Part shown: positions 37,938-52,142 of the stretch, piece by piece
How positions within the stretch are numbered: position 1 is the first letter of the stretch
Layout of the letters: each line of letters opens with the position of its first letter
Assembly: GCA_964057225.1 (NCBI GenBank)
Contig: OZ059900.1
Coordinates: 9,424,001-9,488,000 of the forward strand
DNA from: Auanema rhodensis
Lineage: Eukaryota; Animalia; Nematoda
Direction of reading: 5' to 3'
Length of the DNA: 64,000 bases
Notes under the pieces: model-generated
What the model was told of the DNA's origin: nothing
Databases searched by the model: none
What the model saw: the letters and a program-made list of their open reading frames with translations, nothing else
Translations under genes and position numbers: made by a program

Positions 37938-40900
37938 TTATTCCTCTAACGGATCAGACAATGGTCTAAGCGCGAAGATAGCTGACTTTACTGCCTTAGC
38001 ACACTCTCCAGGCTGCTTAAGAAGAAAACTGAAAAGACTTCGAGTTGAAAATGAGTGATGAACCGATAGTAGAGTTAGACAACATAGTGCCTATGTGAAT
38101 ACTAAAATAGATATTGGGCGGAGCAAATTGAGCAGATGTCATACATGACGACATAATTGCTCCTGATATTCACGCTAAGCAGTTAATTGAGCTGATACGC
38201 CGATTAAGTTATATAAAATCATACCGGTGGACTGCAGTAACTTTAGTTTCTCCATTAATTTCATAGCCAAAAGTGAAGGTAAGTAACTCTGGGACTTGTT
38301 TCTTGCTGGTTACGCGAACAACAGTTGACAAGGGATATCGTGCAAGACGAGTATACAACTCAGACTGAACATAGAAAAAGGTTTTGTTTATTTTGTATTG
38401 TAAAATTGCCTTGATGTCATCTTCACGTAAAACGTATAAATGAGTTTTGGAAATAGATATACAACCACGGAACGTCAATTTGTTTTCGGCTATTTCTTGA
38501 CCAAAAAAGTTTTCCCCATCTATATCAGACAGTTTCACCTAAGAATTAAAATTTAAAACGCTCAAAAAACAAGTTGTTACCTGCTGTTTTTCAATCGGCT
38601 TCGTAAAAATAGTCCCTCCATCTTCATCACTAGAACTTCCATCATTGATAGAAAAAACAGACTTTTCACTTCGATACCTAAAAAGTTATTTTTGTGAGGA
38701 GTATCTTTCCGAAAATCATAATTATAAATAAACAATTTTCTTCATTTTAGCAGATATATCGTTATAAAACAAACAATTAACACCACTTGTCACTAATGTA
38801 GTGGTTAAGATAAATCAATTACTATAACAGCTTATTGCTGTTCACGGAAATTGCCTAATTCTTTCCTATGTTTCCATTTAGATTACAATTGAAGCATTTA
38901 ATCTTCATAATAGGACTACTGGTTTCCATAGCGTTATGCTTCAGCTTCATTAACAATATGGATTTACTGAGGTTACTCCCATATACAATCCGATAATTAT
39001 ACCAAACATGAGATAGGCTCGATGTTTCGGTGTGTGACAATTTGGGTATATATTTTCATATGAGCGTGACGGTTTAGTAATGATCAGTAGCAAGATATAT
39101 CATATACATCTCATTAATCTTGGTCTTGTATGACAACACTATTGTCACTTCTCATAATACAACTCATATAAGCCAAATACGACAACTTCCCATAAGCAGT
39201 GAATTATAAGAGACGCAAGATGCTAAACACAAATATAGGTCAAGATATATCGATGCTAATCTTTTGGACTTTTGCGGAAAAAGCAAAATGAGAAAATATT
39301 CGCATTGAATTTTAACCCAAGAGATTGGTCAAACGTAGAATATCTATTAGAAGATATGTAAACTAACCTTCTGGCACCTTTGCGATCTTGCGGGGTTACA
39401 TGAGATACAGATGGAGCTTGAGGAGACGGAGTTGAAGCTAAGGTCATTACTTTCTCCTTTATAATAGTTGATTTCGAACTCATTGCTTCTTTAACTTTAT
39501 TCATAATAGTCTAAAACTAGAGTTTTAGCTGCTGGAGAAAATCCGAATATTACCCAAGATTGAACTTTTCCTTTCTGACACTCGGAGCATTTAGATTCAT
39601 TATGCATACTAAGCACTTTTAGACGCTTGTTATCATTTAAGATTGTGTGAACAACTAAAATTTTTAAAATTTACATGTTAAACTATAACAATTATGTAAA
39701 TTTTCTTTAAAAACAACATAACATACCTCGATATCCTCCAGCACACACAGACACATGAGTTGTATTCTCTTTTAACAATTTGGCTAATAACATGTTCATA
39801 TACTGATCCTGAAATATATGGTTAAGATATTGTTTTAAAATATTCAAACTTCATCATCATGCCCGTACCCAAGAAGACATATATGATCTTCAGGTTTCTG
39901 CTCATCTTTGAACTTCACAAGAGAATCCAATGCAATTTCGAACTGAGCATAGTTGTTCACCATCTAAATTCATGAATATAGCCTCAACTTTTTAGAAATT
40001 TCGTACCAATTCACAATCAAGGCTGTATGATCCATAGAGATGTCCTGCTGCAAACGCTTCCTGTGAGCGACAATCGATGATGAAATAGGCCAGCTTCGAA
40101 TCCTACAACGTTGATTTGTTTTCAGAAGTTTCCATGAAACAAACGTTTGTCTTATACTCGGAGTTTATCAGCTCGTTATGAGAGCAAGATAAGCATATTG
40201 ATCGGTACATCACTTCACCAACTTCTTCATACAGAGTACCAAAAATCTTGCTATAGAAAAACTATAAAGAAATTACACAAAAAATTAAATGAAACCAGAA
40301 AAAATACTTCTCTTATACTTTGCGTTGTTCTTTCGGCATAATAAATAGCTAGTTGAACAAAATCTAAAACGTCATTTGCCGATATTTGCTTTTGCAGCTT
40401 TATTAAATATTCGCAAACTTCTTCTCTGAAAATTAAATGATAGTACTGAGTGAAACACTACAAAAAATTCTGAAAAGACAAACAAAACTATGCTACTCAC
40501 TTTGTAGGCTTTTCCATGGATAAAATTTCCTCTTTAGCATTGAGAACTAACACGATACCCAGGAAAAAGATGAGAAATGGATCTCTCTAAAACAAATTAA
40601 TAGGCTTCGCTCCATTTTTAAAAAATTTTCTCACATTTCCAACATAAGCTCGCCATAAAATGTCAGTTGTGTCCGTATCTAATAAGTTAGCCATGAGACA
40701 TGAAAAAATTTCATTTGTATAATTATAAGGATGGCATTGTAAAGAGTCGAGATAGGTGCTGAAATTCAAATTCACTTTCCATATTATTACTACCAATATA
40801 CCTTATTTTCGGATCATGGTATTGAAGAATGAGCCGGAATAAGTCATAAATTACAGATTGTTGTTGAGTATCTCTGAAATGTTTTTGTGATTTTAAGTTC

Positions 40901-41941
40901 AGGCCGTACAGTGTTACCTTGGAATGAATTTCGTGGAAAAATTAAAAAAAACATTGAACAAATCTTGATTAGGTACATCAAACTTGATGAATTGTTCCAA
41001 AATCTAGAACATTTCTCTCAGTTTATAAAAAAAAATTGTTCAAACCTTTGTCCATTGTTCTTGTTCTTTGAAATCACATGACCTGAGTTTGCAGTAGTAT
41101 GTGAGGATGCTTTCCAGCTCGGGAATAGATTTTTTGTTGTTAAGAGCTTTCGCAAGCGAACGACATGCTGGAAAAGAACAACAAAATTGAATTATAAGAA
41201 GTTTTTCAAACCTGCACGAAGAGCTGGTTGGTTTGAAAGATTGTATATATGATCAAAATCCGTGAGAGGATTCGGCCGATTCATCACCGATAGAACATTC
41301 GAAAAAATAAAATATATGAACAGAAAATGAGAAATCTTCTATTGCTCAGAAATGTTTGCTATTTATACATTTTTTTAATTTTCCTTATAAACTCAGTAAC
41401 CATAGTTATACCTCATTATTTTTATTTATGGAATGAAATATTATAGGTCTAGTCTTATTCAAAGCTCAGCTTTCAATATTTTGATTGATCTGGGAATCTT
41501 TTAAATATACTAAGAAATATCATATTCCAAATAAGCATAGGCTTATAAATGAATTGAATCTTCATAACTATTGCCCGAAATCAATACAGCAATTATAATT
41601 AATTGGGTGTTGCGTATGCGAAGCGCTTAAAATGATTGATTTTCTTTTTATCCCGGCTTCTTCAAAATAAGGCAACAACTAATCTTCGAACCTTAGAGGT
41701 TTTATGTTATAATGTTAAGAAAAACTAACTGCCCACTGAGATTTATCATTGGTTGGTTCAATGTTCAGATCATTCGGCTCTTCTTCATCAATTTCATCGC
41801 CAATCTCGTTCAGTATGTCGTCAATGCCAACCGGATATTCTTCATCGTCAGAGATACTGATAGAAAAAGATAATACAAAACTCTTATTACTAGTTAATAC
41901 CATAATTTGTCCAACAATTCAGCTGTATTGTTCAAATCCAT
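37938..41941 (-). CDS. TBC1D23: TBC1 domain family member 23 ortholog (TBC + rhodanese-like + C-terminal PH-like domain)
   Basis: PFLIFFLGIVLVLNAKEEIL (TBC); HICLLGTG...DQYMNMLLAKLL...GGYR (rhodanese-like); RYPLSTVVRVTSKKQVPELLTFTFG matches the TBC1D23 C-terminus. Confidence 0.88.
38756..39267 (+). ncRNA. Candidate structured non-coding element, copy 2, antisense within TBC1D23 intron 38678-39367
   Basis: Same seven blocks as 33533-33979 (terminal block 31/32 identical); dense short hairpins; host intron is 690 nt versus the usual 40-55 nt. Confidence 0.55.
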
Positions 41942-42411
41942 AACGCATACGAAAAATTATTAAGCTAGAACTCAAAAAAAAATTTAAATAATTAGAAAAA
42001 AGGACAAAAAATCAGAGGTTACAAATTGGTGATGACTAATAAAAATAATAATCCCAAAAAATTAATAAATGATGATATAATTGCTCTCGAAAGAGCATAG
42101 TCGATAGTAAACAGAATGCAGTATACGTAAATAGTGTGCAATATTACTAAAGTAGGTCAAAGCGTGCGCTCTTACGAACTTTTGCGTACATTACGTACAA
42201 TGTATATTTGCCACGTAATGAAATGTCTATTCAAAGCAGATCGATTTATATTTTATTTTATATCATTATAAAAATCATTTTATTGATATTTTAGTGCTCA
42301 TATATGCATTTGAGTTTATAAACTTTCCCTCGTTTATACGTATTTGATGGATTGATCTATAATTTTTGCAGTTGTAACCATTTATGTTCACAAACATTTT
42401 ATTAATTTAAA
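41942..42411. promoter_or_regulatory. Divergent (bidirectional) promoter region between TBC1D23 and COG7-like gene
   Basis: Head-to-head ATGs 470 nt apart; central CG-containing patch 42080-42220 with TGCTCT..AGAGCA inverted motif and several TACGTA/CGTA words. Confidence 0.6.
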
Positions 42412-45288
42412 ATGGATTATATGGCATATGTAAGTTTATGATTCTCATTTTTCCAAACATTTTTCTTTTGTTCTGAAGAATGGAACTATTTCTGCGGGGC
42501 AGTATCTCTCTCAGCAGTTTCAAGGATTAACAAAGGAAGAAAGACGAAAGAGGTATTGTATTAAAAACTAATAATATAATGACATTAAAAGTTTTTTAAA
42601 GATTGCTAGACGCAATAGAAAAAACTGAAATACAAGTATGTGAGCATCGGCGAGATATGACGAAAACAAAAGACAAAATTGAAACGGCTAGAGCACAGTG
42701 AGTAATGTTATTCTTATTTGCCGACGAATATTATTTCCTTTCTCTTCTTCTTTGTGACGTGTAAGCATTGTTTAGATATGAGAATTTTAATGATCTCATA
42801 CAAACTATGGAAAATCTTAAAGTGTCGTTAGAAGAACATATACGCACAGTTAAAATTAATAAAGGATCACTAGGAAGTATTCCAGCTGTTCTGCAACATG
42901 ATAAAGGAAAAGAAAGAACACATGTTCTCATAAATGTCATAAAAGTCTGCAAAAAGTTTTTTCATAATGTTTGTCAGATTATCAAATTTTAGGCTCTAAC
43001 TCAATTACGAATTGTGAAAGAAAACTTCAAAAAAGAAAGTGAAGATCAAAATAGCTTATTTGATAGTCTTCTAGAAATGCAGCAAAGCCAAAAAATTCTG
43101 AGAACTGTAAGATCCCAAATCAATTTAATCACGTAGCATCTATATATATTTTTCTAGCATTTGAAAGATACAATGGAAGAGGATAAGTCATTAAACGAAT
43201 TAAAAGATCAGTTTTTTGCTTGGCAGTCTACCGCACTTATTTTTGCTATTCAACAATCCGACTACAATCGTTTACTATCTATTCAGCATAGTTACGAGGC
43301 TATGGATCGAAGCGAAGGTAAAAACAAACAGTGGCTCTACATTTGAAAAGACGAAAAGTGTTTCTTTAGAGTTCATATCAATGTTTCAACAAGTATCAGT
43401 CAATTGTCTCAAAGAATTTCATTTTAATACTTCATCAGTTCAACAGTTGGTTGAGGAATTGCATAAACAAATGGCTTTCATTTACACTCATCATTATCAG
43501 TAATTTGCAAAAACCAAAATAGTAAACTAATATTCCTTTTTAAGAATTCTTCGTCGTTTCTTGCCCGATGAAAAAGCTTCAGGTATTATACATGAAGCAA
43601 TGAAACAAGGGCTTGATGCTTGTGATTTGACAACCCCATTAACTATTCTTCTATCTGAAACTGATAATATTATTTTGACCATGGAACAAATATCTAAAGT
43701 AAGCGAAAATAATTAAAAAAAATTTTTTTCATAAATATGTTTCAAGACGTTGACAAATTTGGAGAAAAATGAAGAGTCTAACATTATTTCTAAGCTGTTA
43801 GTCGATAGAATGGGTCGAGAATTGGTTACCCCTGTAAAAAATGCGTTGACTACATATATGCTGGCCAAAGTAACATCAATGGATACGGTATAGTATTGAA
43901 ACAATATCATAATATCAAATTTCTGTTTAGACAACTCCAGGATCATTCCGTTCTAAAGTGGAAACATTAAAAACATCTATTGCCGACTTGATGCAAATGC
44001 TTCATGATGTAATTGCTCATAGCTCAACATGTTTTGGCGATCGAATGAATGAAGTTGTTGAGTCTCCAATCAACGTAAGACATTGAAATTTATATTCTAT
44101 GTCATAGCATTTGTTTTAGCGAGCTTTGACCAATTTCTTAGCTATTTTGAAAAATTGGGAATTAAGCTTGGATAAGATGGGTGATAAACGTGGATTAGGC
44201 GATATTATGTCAATTTGTAGTGCCAGTGGTCAATTGATGTATGGATTAGAAGAAATCAAAACCTTTGCAAATACTGAAAGTAGGAAGAAATTAAGACATA
44301 TACTGTTATCATCAAAATATCTAATTGCAGTTTCATTATCCGGAACTCTCAAGAGTGCCAAAAAATGGAATCGTGTTGTTGTTGAAGCTGTTTTAAAGAT
44401 GGCTTGTGAAATGATAACCGGTAAGATGGTTATTAAAATGGAAGCAATGGCAAGTATAAAAATCGAAAATGAGAACAAATTTGAAAATTTTTAGAAGGAA
44501 TCCACTGCAACTTCGTCTGTTGCTAGTGGTCTACCTTCATTCAGCACATTCCCACATGAGTACATAACTACTGCTGGTCAGGTAGATTCAAAGTTGTATT
44601 GTGTATAGTTAATTAAAACGACTATTTAAGGATTTATTGCAATTATTCCACCAGTGGGATCAATTCTTCTTAGACGACAATATATCTCATTCATTCTTTG
44701 TTGCTTACAAAAAGAAGTTCCTTGGTAGTTATAACATAGCCAATTCCTTTGTACAGTTAATTTAGGCGATGATCTCTTCAAACGTACTGTTAATGATGTT
44801 GCTGATAAGGTTATGAGTCAATTTATCGCAACAGTTGGTGATGTCAATAGCTTGAAATCAGATGTAGCTCGTCAATTTAGTGCTGATGCTGGTGGGTAAC
44901 TTTTTTCTTGTTTTCCTATAAGGTTATAAATACAATTTGCTGATGTTCTCGCGCCATTTTGCATTATATTTGAATTTGTGTAGAAAATGTCGTCAAAGAT
45001 TCTTCTGTGATAAGTAAAGAGTGAGATTTCTCACGAGATGGTAAGAAAAAACACTAAAAACATTGGTATTTGATCGTAATTCATTCTTTATAAGTTAAAC
45101 TTGAACTTACGACTCGTATTATTTGAATGAAAGTTTAACTTAACAGACCGCGAAACGATACATGTTGCATGTTATTAAAGTTATCTAGTTTAGGCTTCCT
45201 CAAGGACGCTCTAGAAGATTTGCGTGCCGGTAACACAGCTGAATTGGAAGAATTACGTGAAAACCTGAAAAAAGTTACCGGAATTTAA
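42412..45288 (+). CDS. COG7: Conserved oligomeric Golgi complex subunit 7-like protein
   Basis: N-terminal coiled coil; C-terminal LPSFSTFPHEYITTAGQDLLQLFHQWDQF and ARQFSADAGFLKDALEDL resemble COG7 LPxFSxxPxEYIxxxGQ and QLxxDxxYLxxxxxxL; TAA 45286-45288. Confidence 0.7.
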
Positions 45289-48200
45289 GTTGTCTGGCTG
45301 TATTGAGCAAACAAAGAGTCAAGATAGCAAATGTCGTTATAATCATCATCATCACAACAATTAAGAAAAATAAATAATAAATATCAGCTGTATTCTAGTA
45401 CTGCTGAAATTTTATTGATACTGGTTTTTGTATTCTTAATGACTTTAAACTTGTCTGTATTGAACTATTCAAACCTGGGAGGGTACAGATGAGAGACTTA
45501 TCTGTCAATATCAATTTGTCTTGAATCGAGCATTTTCAAAGTTAATTTCTAATAATTCATTAGTAATATTCTGGTTCTTCCAACATATCTTAACCTCTTG
45601 AAAATGAAATTGTTCATTTATTAAGAAAACTGAGCATTGTTAGTTCTTAGCTGATATTGCTTGTTTATGTTTGTTCTTTCTTTTCGTTGATTTCAATAAT
45701 ATTCAACATTTTTATAGATAAATCATTTTATATACTAGGTATACATTGCACGAAACAACATATTAAATAGTAAATAGAAGGAAAAATCGTTTTTTCTCTG
45801 ATTTTCTTGTTTTATTTCGAAAAATAATGTTTATGTTGCGATAAGAAAGGGAAAACAGTGCAAGAAACTTTTTTTGCTGTCCCCAACAACGCTCATTAGG
45901 TTGCAAGAACTTTCTAAGCATGTTATTCTAAATGTGCTGATATCATCTTTCCCATTTCAGTTTTAATTGCAACATCCTGCATTAATTCAGTTTTTCTAGG
46001 TATTTCCCTTCACTTCTTTATATTCTCAATGAAAATTATAAATATTTCTACCATATTCAGGATGATTCTATTTGAATTTTGATTTTATAGCTCTTTATTA
46101 ATAGTTAATGAAAACCTTTCAGTTTGAAGTGTATTCAGTCAGAATATATTAGACCTCGTTAGATTTATGTCGCATTGCTAATTATTTTTGTACATTATGG
46201 AGATATTTGAATAATAATTAATGACATAGCGGTGAGAGTAGCTCACCTAGCTTTTTCAAGTGCATATAACACATTTAGCACAAATGCCTCAGAGATTTAA
46301 GTTCATTGTGATCAATACTCGAAAAAGAACACGTCACATTTCTTAGAGATGTTTGTGTGCTTTTCTTCATAATTTTATTGTAAGCTGAAACTTGTCTTTC
46401 ATAAATTTGCTTTTCAGGCAAGTAATCCAGGATTTATCACTTATCAACAAAAACGTGTTTATTTGTTTTTTTTTCTCTCTGAAGACTAGAGAAAAGAGGA
46501 GATGACGAATTTTTTTGTTTTTTTTTTCCTCCCAAGTACGCACATATACATTGGCCCTTGCATTGATATCTTCAGGTTTCGCTCGAGAAATGTTGGATCC
46601 AACAATACTCTATATATTTGAAAATCATAAATAATGGCCTGCTGGGTCATCTGGACGAACAATGTGTGGTCGAAACGATATTTTGAATTTCAAATAATAG
46701 TTCCAGTTAACTATCGTATTCTTCCGACACCTGACCTAATGCAAAGAAAAGTCCGCCAGAAATTGTGTACAACGAAACATCGAAAATACGATGATCTTGT
46801 TTATGACGCCGAAATTCTACATTTTTCGTCACCTTCTCTCTCGCACCATTTATGCCATCGTCAGCTCATCTGCATTTAACCAAAATTTACGATCGTCCAA
46901 GTGCACAGAATCGTCCATTGTTCTCTTTATAATACTCTTTTCTTCTTGCATCTTTAAATTGTTGTATTCACACTCGGTGGTCGAAATATTTTTGGTCCGG
47001 TAATTGCCTGCAAACAATTATTCTTATATTGTTCAACAACGATCCAACACTAAGTCTTTTCGTCAACTTGAAAGAAATCGTCCCAAGGATATTCGCTCAC
47101 TAATGTCTCGTAACATCTATTGTTGTATTAAGACGATTTTTACAAGAATACCGTATCTGGTTTAAGATTAATTGCAAGTCTGATCTATATAACCAAACTG
47201 TATCTCTTAACTAGCCGCCTTGAAACAAACAGTATGTTTTCACAGTTGCAAATAATAACAGTATGGAGTCATGAAAAACCATACTGTCAATGTTGTTGTT
47301 TTTCTTTCAAGGTTTTAAAGTATAACTTTACTTTGTTGGACATTTATTTTCAGTTTCTTCTATATATTTTATTCAGAAGCAATCCTATTACAACGACTTT
47401 TTCTAATGATCTCTGTCTATAGGGTCAATAAGAAACGTATAATGAGATATAAAATACCATTTATTGAAATCCCATATAACTCACAAGCCACATGTATCTT
47501 TATTGAATGAGTTTTTTGTCAATTTACTTCACTCTTTTATGACTTTTTCATTTGTTCATATTGCTCTTCCTCATTGAGCAGCTACAAATCAACATTTTAA
47601 TGGATAAAAGTCAAAAAGCGCAGCAGATGGCTCAAATTTAGAAAAGAAAAATGGGTGGTCGTTTTAATGATCAACGCTCAAATCAATAAAAAAAGAATCG
47701 GAATAACCTTTATTTATAAAAAATAATTTAATGTCTTAAACATGGTGAGTGATATTAGCACACATTACCAAGTGCAGTTTTGTCCCATTGTCATATGTTA
47801 TGCTCTCAAAACAGATTGCTTTTTTATTTTCTGTAATGTTAAATACATTATTTGTATTTTTTCAAAGTCAAATTCCATATAACTTCGTAATATTTCAAAA
47901 AAACTCTAAAATGTTTGAAGTGTGCTCTAATCGCAACCTGTTTTTTCAAATTGTTACTGGGTGGTCCAAATTCAAACAAACAACTCAACAGCCAATAGCA
48001 ATGCGTGGACCACCCAATTGATAATTAATTTCAAAAAAAATGAGTTTGAACTTCTGTTCAAATCATTTCGGCGTCTTCGGCGATAGCGTGCGGTTCACTT
48101 CTAATTTCTTTATTTTTCACTGTTTTCACTGCTATCTTTTGATCTCGTAGATTTTTAACTTTGATTCACTGTGCTATTTACCGTTGCTCTCTATTTGTTG

Positions 48201-51200
48201 TGCCTTATTGGCCAAATAGTACTTCAGTATTAGAAACAGCTGCTTTGCTCGCAACAACAAGTCAAAAAAAAGACCTGTCTTCTGTTTTTTTCAATGTTTG
48301 CACGCGTCGGCTGTGTGTTCATAGATAATATGTGTTCATATATTCGTTAGGTATCCATAAGTAATCTTATCAAGACATAGTCTACAACATATACAACATA
48401 GCATACCGTCATAATCGTTAGAGTAGGCAACAGGGTCATATAGAGATGTAACATTTATGGCGGTGTCTTAATCTATATTCTTTTGTTTTTTTTATTCATT
48501 AGATTGTTTGTTTTATGGCTTTTTTGTTCTTGTTCTTTCTGCTCTTGCACTAAAGTGCAAAAAAAAACGGCATTCAAGTGTTTATTACGTCATGTTTGTT
48601 CTGTTTTATTTGAATAGTTGCGAAACTGTTGCCAATAGCTCAGCAATTTGTCGTCAACTCATTTGAAATCTTTTTTTCTCATCAAATTAGTTGCAATGTC
48701 ATCCTTGATCGTTCATGTGTTGAAATAATATTTGATTTACGTTCATCCCAATTGAACTATGTTTTGCTGAAAATTAGAAATATATGAGAATACGTAATCT
48801 TTAGATTTTCCTAACGAATCTAATAAAATAGCATGAATATCATATTTAGTCATATTTTATCTATCTCTCTCAAGTTTTCCATCTATCCCTCTCAAACATT
48901 CACAATATTTTTTGTTTGTATCTTTCTATCTCTCTCTCTCTCTCTTTATATTTATAAACTCATTAGTATTCTATAATTGTCGCATAGTGTACTTGTGAGA
49001 ATGTGATCTGTAACTAATGATATGGCTACTTCTTGCCACTTAACATCAAATGCCACTTCCCGCTCATCATGACTTTTTGCAGCATTTCTTACGTTTTTTT
49101 CTCATTCACTTTCTTCTCTTCATCATCGTACTCTCTTCTTCTTGCGCTCTTTTTCTCATCTGAATTTCTTTATCGGCCGTATATTGTCACATCTTACCCA
49201 ATAGCAAAGTGTTGCGACAATCGGCACACTCATCTAATAGACATGATATATAACTTGTGGCCATATTCTCAAAGACTATAAATGCTATGCCGCTGACAGT
49301 TATAAACTATATCATAGGCCGATAAGAGAACAATAGCAACAACTCATCATCTTCATCCTCTGTAAGCGGTGCACGTGTCGTTTTCATCTAGTCCGACTTC
49401 CTGATGCCTGTATCTGCTGTTGTAGTCCTTTGGTCACATTGCCTTGTCGTCTAATGACAAACATTACATTCACTAACAAATTGTTGAGTAAATGAATGAG
49501 ATTTTCCTTACGAATTCTCACATTCATATCAATACTCAATTTTCAGTCAATTATCATTTCTTGTTCGCAATTATTTTCTCTTCGTGTTAAAGTAAATGAG
49601 AAATGCACCTTGAAAAATCTATCAATAATTTCTTTTTGTTAGGAATGCGAAAAATGTCTAGTTAACCGATATGATATTCATTTGGTGCTGTTTGTACCCA
49701 ACTCCAATGTTCCTATTGAACTCTTAATGCACTTTGGGGTCCCTTTTGTTTCATTTTTAACAGTTGTCTGTCTGTCTAATGTGTTATCCTTATACGTATA
49801 GTTACGTTATCTGACTTTCTTTTGTCTCTGAACGATTAGTTATATGTTGTTTCTCTATATGTATCTCTCGATGTATTTTTCTCTCATATGCCGTCTATCT
49901 CACACTTTTCTCAGATTCACTTTCGTCTTTGTTCATAACCTTTCGTGTGGCTAGTTTTCGTTTTCATTCACGAACATCTGCACCTGTCACATTAACGTCG
50001 TGCTTTTGCGTAATATTTTTTATATTTTGCTATATCATTACTGGCTTTTTTATATTGTTATTATATAAGGCCAAATATTCATGTGAGAAAAAATGTTTGA
50101 AGGCTGGAATAAAGAGCTTCTGCCATTGAACACTAACCCTTAAGCGTCACAAATGTAGACATATGCCTGTTGACTCATATACTATTGATAGTAAATTTAA
50201 TTGAAACGTCTTATAGCCTTTTCGAAAGCAAATTATTCTCAGTGGTTAGCCATTCCAAAGATCGTCCTGCTTAAAACTTGTTGCTTCTACTCTTGTTCTA
50301 CACCAGAATCTGCTCTCTCCTATCAATCTGTACAAATTCGTTATTGATACATAAATTTATATCCATGAATGAGATCACATAGTTTCGGCGTTAAACTAGG
50401 CATATAATATATTTATGTTTCTCTGATAACAGCTTTAAATGGGATATTTCAGATATCCATAAAAGGTTATTTGTATTATTATCTCTTTTTCTCTCTTTTT
50501 CTCTCACAATCTGATTTATCTTCTTTAGCGGAACTTTCCTTTGTCTATAGATATGATGATCTCATATGCTGCTCCTCTCTTCACTGCACCCTATACACAG
50601 GCTATATTTTCTGCATTTCCACATTCTCTTTTGACAAATAGACACGCTTATACCTGGTCCTCTGAAACATCATCTATTCCATGGTTATGATTATTGCTGC
50701 TATCACAGTTTTCTCACATTATTCGGCCATTTGAAATTATATTTATAAATGAAATCCGCATAATATCGTTTGATATTCATTTCCTGTCACTTCGATGAGT
50801 ATGAATATATTCATATACGGATGTATACGAGTGCTCAATTGGCTCAAATTGAAATTCTACTTTTTCTCTTTCTTTTCTATCTCAATCTGCTGTTGCCAAT
50901 ATATTTAGTCCAAAAGTTGCGATATCAAACGTTTATATACACACATATAAGCGTTGTCATTCATTTGTACACCTGCTAAGCGCATGAAAGATGGTGCCAG
51001 TTGCACAAACTGTTGAACTCCGAAAGAAAATACAGAGAAGATATATTTTCGTTGATCCTACGTAGTTCCAGATGCTGATTTGCACTTTCACGACATAAAT
51101 GAATAGAGCCAGATTCTGCTCTTTCATCAGCAACATTTTCAAAAATTTTTCTCTCTTTTGCAATTGTTTTAAGAAATCGTCCTTATTTCACCTCTCATTT

Positions 51201-52142
51201 CTATGCGCAGCAAGCAACATGGTGCCATTGTTTTTTGTTTTTCTTCCTATTTCATTGAATTTACCACATGTGCTATGACAGCTTGCAGTCTGTGCAATAG
51301 ACCAGACCTAACCTCGTCGTACCGTGATAAAAAACAATTGCTATTGAGTAATCGTCCTTTTCCTTCAACGCAATGTTATTATTTTTGCTGTCCTTGTGAA
51401 AACAAACATACGTATGTCCGCCTATCTGTCTGTCTGCTGTTTGACCGGACTGCATATCATATGGATTACATATCTGATAGAAGTTGAGCATATCGGGTGT
51501 TAATCCAAGGACATCACGTACGCTATATCTAGATCTTTAACGCTTATGATCCGTTTGGTATTTATCGCGGTGAAGTCTGGACTAGCGATATTGTCTGGCG
51601 TTGTAGTCTGATACATATGTCTAGAATATATACGTATATATACGTATGTGTATATCTTGATAGTGAAATTATGATCTTTATTTGAAAGTATATAATGTAC
51701 GTTATCTCGCATTGAATTGTTTTTACTCTTATCAGTGGGTGGATACCAGGTTTTGTCTCGTCGTCTTATGTAAAAAAAACCTTACGAATCAAATTTTTTT
51801 GTTTATATAACATATAGTATCAACTATTATCCCTAAATAAGTGAATGTTAGGTTATACAGATTATTATCTTGTTAGACCCTTATTCATTTGTTTAGTAGA
51901 TATAAATAGCAGATAAAATGAGAATCCGACAAAGCTTTGTCTATATCGGTTTGATCTCAAATTGTTGCACTTTTACATTATTTTTGGCGCCATCCGTTCT
52001 TCTTATGTTTCCATTTCTTAAATGATACTTTATCTATTCTGTTATCTTTGTACTCTACACATTTGCTTTTATTGCTTCCTCTCAAAATGTCCTTCTTTCT
52101 ATAATACGTTTTTAATTTTTTCAGAAAAATTTTATTTTAATC

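Noticed and set aside
38756-39267. Intronic telomerase RNA, U3 or hammerhead retrozyme identity for the structured elements
   Set aside because: No 1.5x telomere template shared by both copies (only a lone GCCTAA), box-B-like GAGCGTGA only in one copy, no CTGANGA/GAAA hammerhead core.
33816-39267. CRISPR-like repeat-spacer reading of the recurring AAGAT...ATCTT motif
   Set aside because: Only two good copies 5 kb apart plus degenerate echoes; no regular array, eukaryotic context, no cas genes.
50369-50722. miRNA seed-like words TGAGATCA and TATCACAG
   Set aside because: No convincing pre-miRNA hairpin around either.
46634-51712. Short ORFs (60-94 aa) in the long intergenic stretch
   Set aside because: F/L/I/S-rich compositions typical of random AT-rich frames; no splice-linked chain or homology.
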